This document shows, piece after piece, positions 52,151-62,386 of a DNA stretch of 64,000 nt; the stretch's first letter is position 1, and every line of letters begins with the position of its first letter. The stretch is taken from positions 22,324 to 86,323 of the forward strand of contig MGKI01000004.1 of assembly GCA_001795615.1 (NCBI GenBank). Reading direction: 5' to 3'. The translations under genes and the position numbers were made by a program. The notes under the pieces were generated by a model. It made no database searches, had not been told where the DNA came from, and saw only the letters and a list, made by a program, of their open reading frames with translations. This stretch comes from Candidatus Yanofskybacteria bacterium RIFCSPLOWO2_01_FULL_42_49 (GTDB lineage Bacteria > Patescibacteriota > Minisyncoccia > 2-02-FULL-40-12 > GWA2-44-9).

Positions 52151-53065
52151 GTGATAAACAGATACCATGTTGTGTCTAGTTTAATGGCACTCGCTGCTGT
52201 GTTTTTGGTTATAATTGGATTTAATTACTTGAAAGTTGATCTAAATCTAAAGCCGGGCCAGGCAAATATCAACGCACCCCTTGAAAGTAACGCTGATTGG
52301 GATAACGACGGACTTAATAATAGGGATGAGTCGTACTGGAACACCGACTCAAATAATCCTGACTCTGACGGTGACGGCTATCTTGACGGAGAAGAAATTG
52401 CTTCCGGCCACGATCCGCTCATTCCGTCGCCGGATGACCTTCTCCCCACAGACGACAATTTGACGATGAAAATGTCTCAATTGGCTCTGGCCGGTTTAGT
52501 CGAGGGTTCTCTGAAATCCGGCAGTCCTAATTACGAACAATCGCTGAGCAGCTTAGCCGACGTGATAGCAGATGACGCAATAAGCAGTTTGGAAGCAGAT
52601 CTTTCAAAAGTTGACCTTGCAATTGTTGCGTCCGGCAAGGTCTCTCAACAAAAATACATCGAGGAGTTGTCTCCAGTCTATGAAGAACTCTTGAAAATAT
52701 TCATAGAACAAATGTCCGAACTGGAAAACAATCTTAACAACATTGGGGTATTTGGAATGGCTTACGGAGGCGTCCAAAAAAGTTTTGGAGGAGCCTCTTC
52801 ACATTACGAAAACATATTCGGAAAATTGATAAAACTTAATGTCCCGAAAAATTGGAAAAGTAACCACCTCGGTATAGTCAAGCTTGTTGAGGAATTATCT
52901 CAAGCAAGTCGATCAGTTGTGTCCGGTTCAAACGACCCCATAAAAGCAGTCGTGGGTTTAAACAAGATAGTGCAACTCTGGGAAATCTTGCCTGAAATAA
53001 CCAAAGCATACTCCCAAAAAATACAACTCAACGGATTAAATTCAGAATCAACCATATTCAAATAA
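52151..53065 (+). CDS. Membrane-anchored protein with DxDxDG Ca-binding (TSP3-like) repeats
   Basis: DWDNDGL, DSDGDGYLDGEE. Confidence 0.7.
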   Translation: MINRYHVVSSLMALAAVFLVIIGFNYLKVDLNLKPGQANINAPLESNADWDNDGLNNRDESYWNTDSNNPDSDGDGYLDGEEIASGHDPLIPSPDDLLPTDDNLTMKMSQLALAGLVEGSLKSGSPNYEQSLSSLADVIADDAISSLEADLSKVDLAIVASGKVSQQKYIEELSPVYEELLKIFIEQMSELENNLNNIGVFGMAYGGVQKSFGGASSHYENIFGKLIKLNVPKNWKSNHLGIVKLVEELSQASRSVVSGSNDPIKAVVGLNKIVQLWEILPEITKAYSQKIQLNGLNSESTIFK

Positions 53066-54556
53066 ATGTTCAAAAAACTGCTCCCAATTATAATAGTTCT
53101 GTCTCTCGTATTTCCGTCGTTTGTTCAGATTGCTCAAGCTGGAGTTTTAGACTCTACGATTGGTTTCAGTTCATGCGCAGCAGCTGGATTTATTAATAAC
53201 TTAATTGCGGATGGTCTAAAAGACCTAGAGGATTGGGCAGCAGAAAAACTTAAAGGCTGGATTGGTATAGGAAGCGTCGTTGGGGGGAAGACCAAAGTTC
53301 CAGTTGACGACAGCGATACTCAAGACAAGGTAGATGATTTTAAGGGTGCGTATGGAGGAAAGGAGGGCGCTCAAGATATTATTGCCAGATGTTCGGCCAG
53401 AGAAATACTTTCGGCAATGGGCCAAAATATAACCAATGTCGCCCGTACCGGAGGCAGAGACGGCGGACCGGCGTGGGTTAGGAACTGGCGCAATTTCCAG
53501 CTGGACGCCCAATACCGAGGCGAGGGAATATTCAGGGGAGTGTTGGCATCAACAAATCTCTGCAACTATTTTGGTAGTGATCTGAAAAATTTGTTCGGGG
53601 CAAATCAAAGGATAGACCTTACAAAAATAAGAACAAGGATAAACGACTTTGACTCATTCCAGGTGAAAGCCGGCTGCACTCTTCCAAGTGGATTTGATAT
53701 TGAAAAATACAAGCAGGACTTCTCCGGTAACGGCGGCTGGGAAGCGTGGTCACGGCTTCTTGAACCGCAAAACAACTTCTACGGAGCGTTGTTCCAGTCG
53801 CTTGATGAAGCAGGCAAACAAAGAGCGGCGGAAGAAGCGGCTGATATCGCTGAAGCTGCGCCAACAGGATTCACCGCTGTACGAGGCCGAAACGCAGCCG
53901 AGAGTTGCGCTATAAAAAGTCCCGCGGACGGAAGGTGTTTGGTATATAAAGACATCCTGACGCCGTCAGGAATTTTGAGCGGCAGCGTAGTGGCGGGAAT
54001 TGAAACAGAATTACAATGGGTAGCCACCACAGACGAGTTAAATGAACTTATCGCCACCGGCATTAATGTTTTGGTAAACAGGCTATGGGATTTGAGCAAT
54101 CCCGACGAGGGTGACTATATCGTACCGGGAGATCTTGATGTATCAATTTCTCCGTTTCCATCACCCGCACCTCCGCCATCCGGAGGCGGCGGGACTTGTG
54201 TTGACTCGGGTAACACTGCCGCAAACTACGACGGAGATCTTCAATCGGCAATTGACGCCGTCATTGCCAACAACCCCAACGGCATAGCCGACGCATCAAA
54301 CACAACAGACAATTCTTTTGCGTTTCTAGATTTTGTGGTTCAAGAACTTCAATCTGCCGGATTTAACGCCACGACAAATGTTCTCAACGGAAATGACAAT
54401 CCCAATACCGGGGACCTCATAGCTATTTGGCGCAATACGGACTCAACCATTGAGCGATACGATGCAGTAAGCAACGCGGGGGCGGGGGATATGTCTATGC
54501 GAAATGCGGCAACCGTCCAATATACAGGAGACATTCCATTAAGCTGCTCACAATAA
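53066..54556 (+). CDS. Secreted Cys-containing protein of the T4SS-like cluster
   Basis: Signal peptide, spaced Cys, GGW...PQNN; Pro/Gly linker then a separate C-terminal domain. Confidence 0.7.
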   Translation: MFKKLLPIIIVLSLVFPSFVQIAQAGVLDSTIGFSSCAAAGFINNLIADGLKDLEDWAAEKLKGWIGIGSVVGGKTKVPVDDSDTQDKVDDFKGAYGGKEGAQDIIARCSAREILSAMGQNITNVARTGGRDGGPAWVRNWRNFQLDAQYRGEGIFRGVLASTNLCNYFGSDLKNLFGANQRIDLTKIRTRINDFDSFQVKAGCTLPSGFDIEKYKQDFSGNGGWEAWSRLLEPQNNFYGALFQSLDEAGKQRAAEEAADIAEAAPTGFTAVRGRNAAESCAIKSPADGRCLVYKDILTPSGILSGSVVAGIETELQWVATTDELNELIATGINVLVNRLWDLSNPDEGDYIVPGDLDVSISPFPSPAPPPSGGGGTCVDSGNTAANYDGDLQSAIDAVIANNPNGIADASNTTDNSFAFLDFVVQELQSAGFNATTNVLNGNDNPNTGDLIAIWRNTDSTIERYDAVSNAGAGDMSMRNAATVQYTGDIPLSCSQ

Positions 54557-54561
54557 AATAA

Positions 54562-56916
54562 ATGAAGAATAACTATAGAAAATTAATACCGATAATTCTC
54601 TTGCTTGGTTTGTTTTTGCCGGTTTTTAGCGCTCACGCTGGCGTAAGCGACTGGTTTAGCATAGGCGACTGGACTTACTGGGCGGTAAGCCGTCTTTTTG
54701 CCGGTGTTCTTTTGATAATGTTCACACTGCTAGGGAAACTTATAATCGCCATGACGGTAATGCTGGATTGGGTGCTTAAGATACGGATTTACACCGATGT
54801 TCCCATCATTCAGGAGAGTTGGAAAATTATGCGCGACTTCGCCAACATGCTCTTCATCATCGCGCTGATCGTTATGGCTTATGGCACGATATTCAACATA
54901 CAAGGCTATAACTTTAAGTCTTTGATTCCAAAGTTCTTAATAGCCGCCTTGCTTATAAACTTCAGCCTGGCAATAGGGGGGCTGATAATTGACGCCACGC
55001 AGGTTCTGAATAACACATTCCTCACCGCAATGGGTGACATATCGGGTCGTTTGGGACAGGGGCTTAATCCGGCAAACCTGTTTCCTGATGCGGCTACATT
55101 ATCATCAGAAAACCAGGCAAGCGCTATAGCGAACATGGTTGTCTCCGGCAATCTGACAATAGTCGTTGGGATATTTTTGCTATTCGCATTTTTGATAAGC
55201 ACAGCTGTTCCTTTGGCTATCGCATTTGTCAGAATACCAATCTTGTGGGCGCTACTCATCATATCGCCGATGGCTTGGCTGTTGAGCATCTTGCCGGCGA
55301 CAAAAGGAGCATACAGCAAGTGGTGGCACCACTTTTTAGCCTGGAATCTATTTTTGCCTTATTATTTATTCTTCATGTACTTTGCTCTGTATTTTTTGAG
55401 CAAGCAGGATGAAGTCATCAAGGGTTTGGGACAAAAATTTGTTTACGAAAAACCATTCGAAGGATTTCCTTTTACTTTTGAGCTGATGTTTTTTTACGCC
55501 ATGGTTGCCATTTTCCTAATCGGCGGTACCAAAGTAGCCATGAGCGCCGGTACATTTTCCGGAACGGGGATAGTTAGCGTAGCAAAATGGGGGAGAGATA
55601 GGGTAGCCAACAGAGTCGGCTGGACTGCGGCCGGCAGGGCTATAAAAGGAAGGCTCGATGAAGTCGGAGAGAAGGAGGAGGCAAGAATAGCCCGACAAAC
55701 AGGGTATATGAGAGAGGGTTTGGCGCGTATTACTGGTGGAAAACGCGGATTTATAGAAGAACAACAAGCCAAAGATATCGGAGAAATCAAGAAGAGGTTT
55801 GAAAGAATTACCGACCCCGCAGAACTTGCAAAACTGATGAACCAAGGTCCGCTTAGAAACCAGCTGGCTGCCAGAGAAGTAATGAAAGACAGGGGATTGT
55901 TAACCAGCGATGATTATAAGAAAACACTCGAAATGTACGGTGGTAATAATACATTGGCCGGCAAACAATTCGCTAAAAGCATAGACTACGACAAACTTTC
56001 AAGTACAGACAGAGAGAACTGGTATAGAAATTTGACCGACGTAGAGTCCAAACGAAAAGTTGCCGAAGTCATGGCAAATAAGGGTGAGTTTGACACGATC
56101 GCTTCTATCCAAAGTGCTCAATCTTTATACGCCTTGCCCGGAGAAAAGGCTAACTTTCTTAAAAAAGCTGCCAGGCGCATTACTGACAACACGACCCTGC
56201 GTGGCCTCATGACTACGGGAAGCGACCAAGAACAGCTGGCTGTCAGAGAAATTTTGGCGGAAAGAGGGGCTTTGAACGGCTCTGATATGTTTGACACCTA
56301 TAGTATGTACAGGGCTGGGTCTAAAGAAGCAGTCGACTTTGGTACAAAAGTTGATTTCGGAAATCTATCACAAGCAGATAGACAAACATGGTACAACAAT
56401 GCTCCTGATAATGAGGTGAGGAGAAAATCGGCTGAAGTAATGGCCGAAAAAGGAGACCCGACCATGATGAACGCACCAGCGCTTGCGGCGGCTGCTAACT
56501 TGTATACTAATGATGCTGAAAAAATCAAGTTCTTAGAAAAAGCCGAGAAAAAGAACTTTATGGTTACTATCGACGCCAAGGCTGGTCTTGGAATAGTACG
56601 AAATGCCGCTAACGTCCAGCTAACAACCCCAGACGCAGTTCTTAAAAACAAAGTAACGAAGATGAAGGCCGACGCTTTGGCGGAAATAGGTTACGATGGC
56701 GGCTGGGCAAACCCTGACTTTGTTAACGCGGTTCAGGCAAAAATAGATGCACTTCAAAGATCTGAACCCTCTACCCCCGGCGGACCGCCTACAACTCCGG
56801 GAGGGCCACCCATAATGCCTAAACCAGGAGGCGGAGAAAGATTCAAGAAAGGACTACAAGACAACGCAACGGACACAAGAAGTTTGGCACAGATTTTTGC
56901 TTTAACAATCCCTTAA
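54562..56916 (+). CDS. VirB6/TrbL-like polytopic membrane protein
   Basis: W..MRDFAN, ALLINFS, R..ILW.L...SP..W, multiple TMs, long repetitive C-terminus. Confidence 0.65.
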   Translation: MKNNYRKLIPIILLLGLFLPVFSAHAGVSDWFSIGDWTYWAVSRLFAGVLLIMFTLLGKLIIAMTVMLDWVLKIRIYTDVPIIQESWKIMRDFANMLFIIALIVMAYGTIFNIQGYNFKSLIPKFLIAALLINFSLAIGGLIIDATQVLNNTFLTAMGDISGRLGQGLNPANLFPDAATLSSENQASAIANMVVSGNLTIVVGIFLLFAFLISTAVPLAIAFVRIPILWALLIISPMAWLLSILPATKGAYSKWWHHFLAWNLFLPYYLFFMYFALYFLSKQDEVIKGLGQKFVYEKPFEGFPFTFELMFFYAMVAIFLIGGTKVAMSAGTFSGTGIVSVAKWGRDRVANRVGWTAAGRAIKGRLDEVGEKEEARIARQTGYMREGLARITGGKRGFIEEQQAKDIGEIKKRFERITDPAELAKLMNQGPLRNQLAAREVMKDRGLLTSDDYKKTLEMYGGNNTLAGKQFAKSIDYDKLSSTDRENWYRNLTDVESKRKVAEVMANKGEFDTIASIQSAQSLYALPGEKANFLKKAARRITDNTTLRGLMTTGSDQEQLAVREILAERGALNGSDMFDTYSMYRAGSKEAVDFGTKVDFGNLSQADRQTWYNNAPDNEVRRKSAEVMAEKGDPTMMNAPALAAAANLYTNDAEKIKFLEKAEKKNFMVTIDAKAGLGIVRNAANVQLTTPDAVLKNKVTKMKADALAEIGYDGGWANPDFVNAVQAKIDALQRSEPSTPGGPPTTPGGPPIMPKPGGGERFKKGLQDNATDTRSLAQIFALTIP

Positions 56917-56928
56917 AATCCCCTAAAG

Positions 56929-57396
56929 ATGAACATATATAATCCTTCCCAAGTGGACCTAGAGGAATTACTACTAGTCAAAAAGAACTGGGATGTTTTC
57001 GCAAACAAATTTATAAAACTACCGATTAGTATAAAAGGTGTTATAACTTCTGCCACAACTGCTTATTATTTAGAGTTTCTTTCTAAAAAAACTAACTTGA
57101 ACCAAAGCCAATCATCCGATTTGTCACGGATAGTAAGAGACATTCTTCTTACTGATATCTTCTTGGGCGACTTTCCGGTATTAATATCTTCAAAACTGGG
57201 AGTTGATATGAATATCGCAAATCAAATAGCACATAAAATAGTTAGCGAGTTATTCGCGCCGGCAATAGAGGATATTAAAAACATGCAAAGGGAAAAATTC
57301 AGAGATAGAATAGCCCAAGTCAAGAATAAACAGACACAACAACCCCCGCCAAACACCGAACAAGGTAATGTGATAAACTTAAGAGATAGAACATAA
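56929..57396 (+). CDS. Hypothetical protein
   Basis: Intact ORF co-oriented within the cluster. Confidence 0.65.
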   Translation: MNIYNPSQVDLEELLLVKKNWDVFANKFIKLPISIKGVITSATTAYYLEFLSKKTNLNQSQSSDLSRIVRDILLTDIFLGDFPVLISSKLGVDMNIANQIAHKIVSELFAPAIEDIKNMQREKFRDRIAQVKNKQTQQPPPNTEQGNVINLRDRT

Positions 57397-57522
57397 CACA
57401 AATCCACAAATGTACACGAATACCACAAATAGTTAAGAACCCGCCACGAAAAAGACACACGAATATATTTGTGTGAAGCCATTCGTGGCATTCGCATGTC
57501 ATTCGTAGATTAGTGTTACATT

Positions 57523-57843
57523 ATGCGCTTCCAACTACCACAATTTATAGAGACGGAGACGAAATTAGTCGGGCCCTTGACCCTGAGACAGTTCCTATGG
57601 GTGGCCGGGGGAGTGGCCATACTTTTCTTATTGTTTATGACTATCGGCCTTAGTTTTGCGTTTTTTGTGGCTGGGATACCAGTGGCCGCGATTTTTACGG
57701 CTCTTGCTTTTTTCAAAATGGAAGGAATGCCGTTGATAAACTACATCGCTTATTTGCTTTCGTACTTGCTTAACCCTAAAAGATACATTTTTAGAAAATC
57801 AGAGGAAGATAATTTAAAATTTAAAAATCAAAGTGCAAAATGA
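57523..57843 (+). CDS. PrgI family (VirB3-like) protein
   Basis: PQFIE.E.K.VGPLTLRQF + 2 TM. Confidence 0.85.
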   Translation: MRFQLPQFIETETKLVGPLTLRQFLWVAGGVAILFLLFMTIGLSFAFFVAGIPVAAIFTALAFFKMEGMPLINYIAYLLSYLLNPKRYIFRKSEEDNLKFKNQSAK

Positions 57844-57933
57844 CAATGCAAAATGTTAAAATTTTAAATCTAAATCATTTTGAATTTTAAACTGTAATTT
57901 TTAATTTTGATATTTACATTTTACATTTGAAAC

Positions 57934-58545
57934 ATGCCCAATCAATCCACCGAACAATTAGTCCCCGTTGCTGATATTCGAGAGGGTGTTGTGATATTGA
58001 AAAACGGTTCTCTCCGGATGATTCTTGAGGTTTCCGCCATCAACTTTGAACTAAGATCCGCAAATGAACAGACGGCAATACTCCAAAGCTTCCAGAGATT
58101 TCTTAATTCTGTCGACTTTCCGGTTCAGATAGTCATCAGCTCCAGAGAGTTAAACATTTCCATTTATTTAAAAACCGTCGACGGGGTTGTAGAGTCTACA
58201 GAAAATGAACTTTTAAAAATACAGGCTTCGGAATATTCACGGTTTATAAAAGAGTTGTCCGGTTTATCGAATATCATGTCCAAAAAGTTTTTCGTGGTAA
58301 TACCGTTTTACATATTCGAAACACCGGAAGTAACAGGTTTAATCCAAAGCCTGAAAGGACTGCTGAAACCCAAGGAGACCGCTAAAGAACTTACCGATGA
58401 ACAATTTAGTACTTACAGAAACCAGCTTCTGCAAAGAGCTGAATTGGTTTATGGCGGCCTTGTCGGTTTGGGCCTTAGGATAAGACCGCTTGAAGACGAA
58501 GAGATCAAAAAACTTTATTATGAGCTGTATAATCCAAGTAAGTAA
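57934..58545 (+). CDS. VirB4/TraC N-terminal-like protein
   Basis: INF.L.S..EQ, FLNS.DFP.QI; between prgI and virB4. Confidence 0.65.
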   Translation: MPNQSTEQLVPVADIREGVVILKNGSLRMILEVSAINFELRSANEQTAILQSFQRFLNSVDFPVQIVISSRELNISIYLKTVDGVVESTENELLKIQASEYSRFIKELSGLSNIMSKKFFVVIPFYIFETPEVTGLIQSLKGLLKPKETAKELTDEQFSTYRNQLLQRAELVYGGLVGLGLRIRPLEDEEIKKLYYELYNPSK

Positions 58546-58701
58546 CGCAAATCTACGAATGACGCACGAATACCACAAATAGTACACAAATAGCGCGCTA
58601 CAAATGCGCTCACATGAATATATTTGTGTGAAGCCATTCGTAGTCGGCGATTTGTAGAACATTCGTAGTATTCGTTAAGATTTGTAGATTAGTGTTATAT
58701 T

Positions 58702-60450
58702 ATGAGCGAAGCGAATAACAAAAATAGTTTATCCGAGTACCTGGCTCCCGGGGCTTTTAATGTGTCCCCGTCCCATATTCAAATGGGGGATAAATTCGTC
58801 AGAACAGTCTTTATCGCCACCTATCCGAGATATTTGCAGACCAACTGGTTCTCTCCGATTGTTAACCTCGATCGAGTTCTTGATATTTCCATATTTATAC
58901 TGCCAAAAAATACGGCAACCGTTTTAAAACAGCTGCGAGATCAACTTACGCGGCTTGAGGCTCAAACGATGGAGGAATCCTCCAAGGGAAAAGTAAGGGA
59001 TCCTATTTTAGAAACGGCCATTAACGACATAGAAAACTTGCGGGATCGACTTCAGCAGGGCACGGACAAATTTTTTGAGTTAGGCGTATATATAACAATC
59101 TACGAAAACAGTTTAAAAGAGCTGGACGAAACAGAAAACAAACTGCGGGGCATGATGGAATACCAACTCGTCTTTCCTAAAGTATCTACATTCAGAATGC
59201 TTGAAGGATTTACTTCAACCTTGCCCCTAAACGACGACCGCCTGAACATTCACACTTCCCTCAACACTGAACCGCTTTCGTCTATATTTCCTTTTGTTTC
59301 GTTCGATTTAACTTCAGATAGCGGTATACTCTATGGCATCAACACACACAATAATTCTCTTGTTCTTTTTGACAGATTTCAGCTCGAAAATTACAACGCG
59401 GTGGTATTTGGAAAGTCCGGAGGCGGAAAAAGTTACACCGTAAAGCTCGAGATACTGAGAAGCCTGATCTTCGGCGCTCAAGTTCTGATAATTGACCCTG
59501 AGGATGAGTACAAGTATCTTGCCGAAACGGTTGGAGGTACTTCCGTAAAAATATCCATCACTTCGGACCAGCACATAAACCCCTTCGACCTGCCAGATCC
59601 CAAACCGGATGAGTCCCCGGCAGATGTTTTTAAATCTCATATTTTAGACCTGACCGGCCTTTTGAGGTTGGTACTCGGTGAGTTGACTCCCGAAGAAAGC
59701 GCCATATTGGACGAAGCATTAATACAAACATACGCCATCAAAGACATTACTCCAGATTCTAACTTTACCAATATCGAGCCTCCGGTTTTATCTGACCTTC
59801 AAAACATACTTGAGGGATTAACTGGCGCCGAATCAATGGCGGTACGAATTAAAAAATATACGCAAGGCACCTTCGCTGGGTTCTTAAATATGCCGACAAA
59901 TGTTTCTTTGAACAATAATTTAGTCGTATTCAGCATACGAGATCTGGAAGAAGAACTTAGACCGATAGCAATGTATTCTATTCTCAATCATATCTGGACA
60001 TCCGTGAGAAGAACCCAGAAAAAGCGTCTTCTGATCGTGGACGAAGCCTGGTGGCTCATGAAATACGAAATTGGAGCCGCCTTTTTGTCCAATATCGCAA
60101 AGAGGGCCAGGAAATATTATCTGGGTTTAACTACGATATCGCAAGACATTGCAGATATGCTTTCTACCGACAGGGGCAAGAGTATTGTAACTAATTCGTC
60201 TATACAGATTCTTACCAAGCAGTCGCCGGCCGCCATAGATATAATTCAAAAAACATTCAACCTTACGGACGCCGAAAAATATTATCTCCTGGAAGCAAGG
60301 GTTGGTTTTGGGTTGTTCTTCGTGGGACAAGACCACATAGGTATCAGGGTTGTGGCATCATATGCGGAGGACCAGATTATAACCTCCGACCCCAAGCAGA
60401 TACTTGAGATAGAGAAGGCAAAAGAAGAGTGGGCAAAGTTAAGAAGCTAG
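58702..60450 (+). CDS. VirB4-like ATPase
   Basis: GKSGGGKS, IIDPEDEY, INPFD, VDEAW, RKY...TISQ. Confidence 0.9.
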   Translation: MSEANNKNSLSEYLAPGAFNVSPSHIQMGDKFVRTVFIATYPRYLQTNWFSPIVNLDRVLDISIFILPKNTATVLKQLRDQLTRLEAQTMEESSKGKVRDPILETAINDIENLRDRLQQGTDKFFELGVYITIYENSLKELDETENKLRGMMEYQLVFPKVSTFRMLEGFTSTLPLNDDRLNIHTSLNTEPLSSIFPFVSFDLTSDSGILYGINTHNNSLVLFDRFQLENYNAVVFGKSGGGKSYTVKLEILRSLIFGAQVLIIDPEDEYKYLAETVGGTSVKISITSDQHINPFDLPDPKPDESPADVFKSHILDLTGLLRLVLGELTPEESAILDEALIQTYAIKDITPDSNFTNIEPPVLSDLQNILEGLTGAESMAVRIKKYTQGTFAGFLNMPTNVSLNNNLVVFSIRDLEEELRPIAMYSILNHIWTSVRRTQKKRLLIVDEAWWLMKYEIGAAFLSNIAKRARKYYLGLTTISQDIADMLSTDRGKSIVTNSSIQILTKQSPAAIDIIQKTFNLTDAEKYYLLEARVGFGLFFVGQDHIGIRVVASYAEDQIITSDPKQILEIEKAKEEWAKLRS

Positions 60451-60528
60451 GTTTTAGGGGTTAGGTTTTAGGGGTTAGGTTTTAGAAAAACTCCTAAAAG
60501 CTAAAAGCTAAAAGCTAAAAGCTGGAAA

Positions 60529-61254
60529 TTGGCACAACTTGCAGAAAACCAAAATAATTATACCAACTCGGACGACAGTGAGAAACTAGACGAGCTCGAC
60601 GAAGAAGAACAGAATTCCACTGAACTCGAAGCAGATCAGGAGCTTTATACTGCCCAATCATCGGCAGTAGAGTTGTATAACCAGGGCCAAGAATTCCGCC
60701 ATCCTTCGTATTTTAAATATTTTGTTTTACTGGCTCCCCTGGGGTTCATCGTTGACAGCCTGGATATTTTTGCCCACATCTCCGGCGCCGGTATTCCTTT
60801 CGGGTCGCTTATTTCTTTCGCTGCCACCGTAGTCATGCTTCTCATTTTCTGGTTTACCAACACAAAACAAAAACGAGCTAATGAATATATCGAAAACATA
60901 GAAAAAAACATAGAGGTGATTACCCAACGGATAGCAAACGCCGAAAGGAACATTGTCAGAGTAGCCCGCCTAAGCCGCAAAGTGCCGGGGGTGAAACAGG
61001 TTTACCGTAAACTTCACTTGAGAACTGTCCGACGGGGAAGAGTGGCGCTAAGAGGGGTCATTAAATCCTCAAAAAGCCCGATTTTAAGATATGCGGCCAT
61101 GGGAACCTTAAACCTGATCCCGTTTTTGGCTATTTTGCCGTGGCAACTGATAGGAGTTTATTTAAGTTACAGAGCAGAGAAAGAGGGTTACAAAAACGCA
61201 CAAGACGCCTCGGACTCGGTTCTGGAAACAGTAGGAGAAACAGCTGTGTCTTAA
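60529..61254 (+). CDS. Hypothetical membrane protein
   Basis: Acidic N-terminus, TM segments, basic loop. Confidence 0.65.
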   Translation: MAQLAENQNNYTNSDDSEKLDELDEEEQNSTELEADQELYTAQSSAVELYNQGQEFRHPSYFKYFVLLAPLGFIVDSLDIFAHISGAGIPFGSLISFAATVVMLLIFWFTNTKQKRANEYIENIEKNIEVITQRIANAERNIVRVARLSRKVPGVKQVYRKLHLRTVRRGRVALRGVIKSSKSPILRYAAMGTLNLIPFLAILPWQLIGVYLSYRAEKEGYKNAQDASDSVLETVGETAVS

Positions 61255-61354
61255 TTTCTAATTATTCTAATTGCTCTAATTGACCTAAATAAATCCCCAC
61301 AACTGAATGACTAAAAAAGCCCCGAAAATGACTGAATTATTTCGGGGCAAGCGG

Positions 61355-61744
61355 CTAATTGCCGCTCATAAGACGCCACTCGCTGAATGCTTGATCTGCT
61401 TTATTTTTTAGCCAAATGTCGGCTATTACCACCATGACAGCACCAAGTAGCATCACAACCACCGTGCCAATCATTAGTGGGCCCAAATAATACAAGAAGG
61501 TGTCCCCACTGGCATATTTTAGAAGTAAGCCCCCGATAATACAATAAAAAACAAAGGGTCCGAATGCGGCTACATAAAACATCCTCTCTACTTTCTTCTG
61601 TTTAGCACTCCAGCCGCTTTCTTTCATAAAACTTTCTTTTAAATCGTCCTCAATTCTTTGCTTAGCTTCTTTTGTCTTTAAGCCGACCATATCTTCTCTA
61701 GAAAATTCCCTACGGCAATACGGACAAAGAAAGTTGTCAGACAT
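61355..61744 (-). CDS. Hypothetical membrane protein with N-terminal CPYC
   Basis: Two TM helices; directly follows the upstream small ORF. Confidence 0.6.
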   Translation of the reverse strand: MSDNFLCPYCRREFSREDMVGLKTKEAKQRIEDDLKESFMKESGWSAKQKKVERMFYVAAFGPFVFYCIIGGLLLKYASGDTFLYYLGPLMIGTVVVMLLGAVMVVIADIWLKNKADQAFSEWRLMSGN

Positions 61745-61745
61745 A

Positions 61746-61946
61746 CTACTCTATTCTCCACTTATATTCTGGGTCAGGTACAAATGTTAGTGCAACGCCT
61801 CTTCCTCTTGCGTCATTTATGTAGACGAGCCAACCGCCAGATATCCTAAGCCTGTACATATTATGCACAAAATCTCTTTCTACTTCTTCCCACTTGCACA
61901 CTTCTATTTTTTCAGCTCTATCAGTCCTAAGCTCAGTCCCAAACAT
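61746..61946 (-). CDS. Small hypothetical protein
   Basis: AAGGAG RBS before MFGTEL; GGWLV...FVPDP...W. Confidence 0.6.
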   Translation of the reverse strand: MFGTELRTDRAEKIEVCKWEEVERDFVHNMYRLRISGGWLVYINDARGRGVALTFVPDPEYKWRIE

Positions 61947-62164
61947 CGCAATCTCCTTGTTCAACGAACCGACTACAATCCTAGTCTTTTTTATGACTAA
62001 GTCAAGTACATTCAAAGTGGGACTTATTAAATTAAGGACAACAAGAAGCGAAACCCTTGCTTCTCTTTTCTCACCATAATGAACGAGTCTGCGAAAAAAC
62101 CCAGCCAAAACAAGACACTAGAGACCCGGCCTAACTATTTAAACACTCCCCTAAGCGAGGCCCT

Positions 62165-62371
62165 ACCGTCTTCGAATCACTTTGACGAATCGAGGAAGAG
62201 GACAAGGTTGGTATGAATGGATTCCAATAATCATAGGTCGAACGCCGAGCAGCGAGTCCTTGCGAGCGTAGCGAGGAGGCAAGCGAGGGTTACCTGTGAT
62301 TATTGGCTAAATCCATACATATCATACCGAGTCCGATGACAAGATGAGGAACCGTGATGAGAAGACACGGT
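62165..62371 (+). ncRNA. Structured RNA/ssDNA element, copy C
   Basis: Long rod: ACCGT/ACGGT, ATCAC/GTGAT, ATGGATT/AATCCAT, CCAATAATCATAGGT/ACCTGTGATTATTGG; two blocks shared with the 10.7 kb copy. Confidence 0.65.
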
Positions 62372-62386
62372 AAAGCCGAGCGAAAC

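Noticed and set aside
62163-62234. Minus-strand mini-ORF MIIGIHSYQPCPLPRFVKVIRRR with a counterpart near 10677-10792
   Set aside because: Differences between copies are largely non-synonymous and the stops differ; base pairing explains the conservation better
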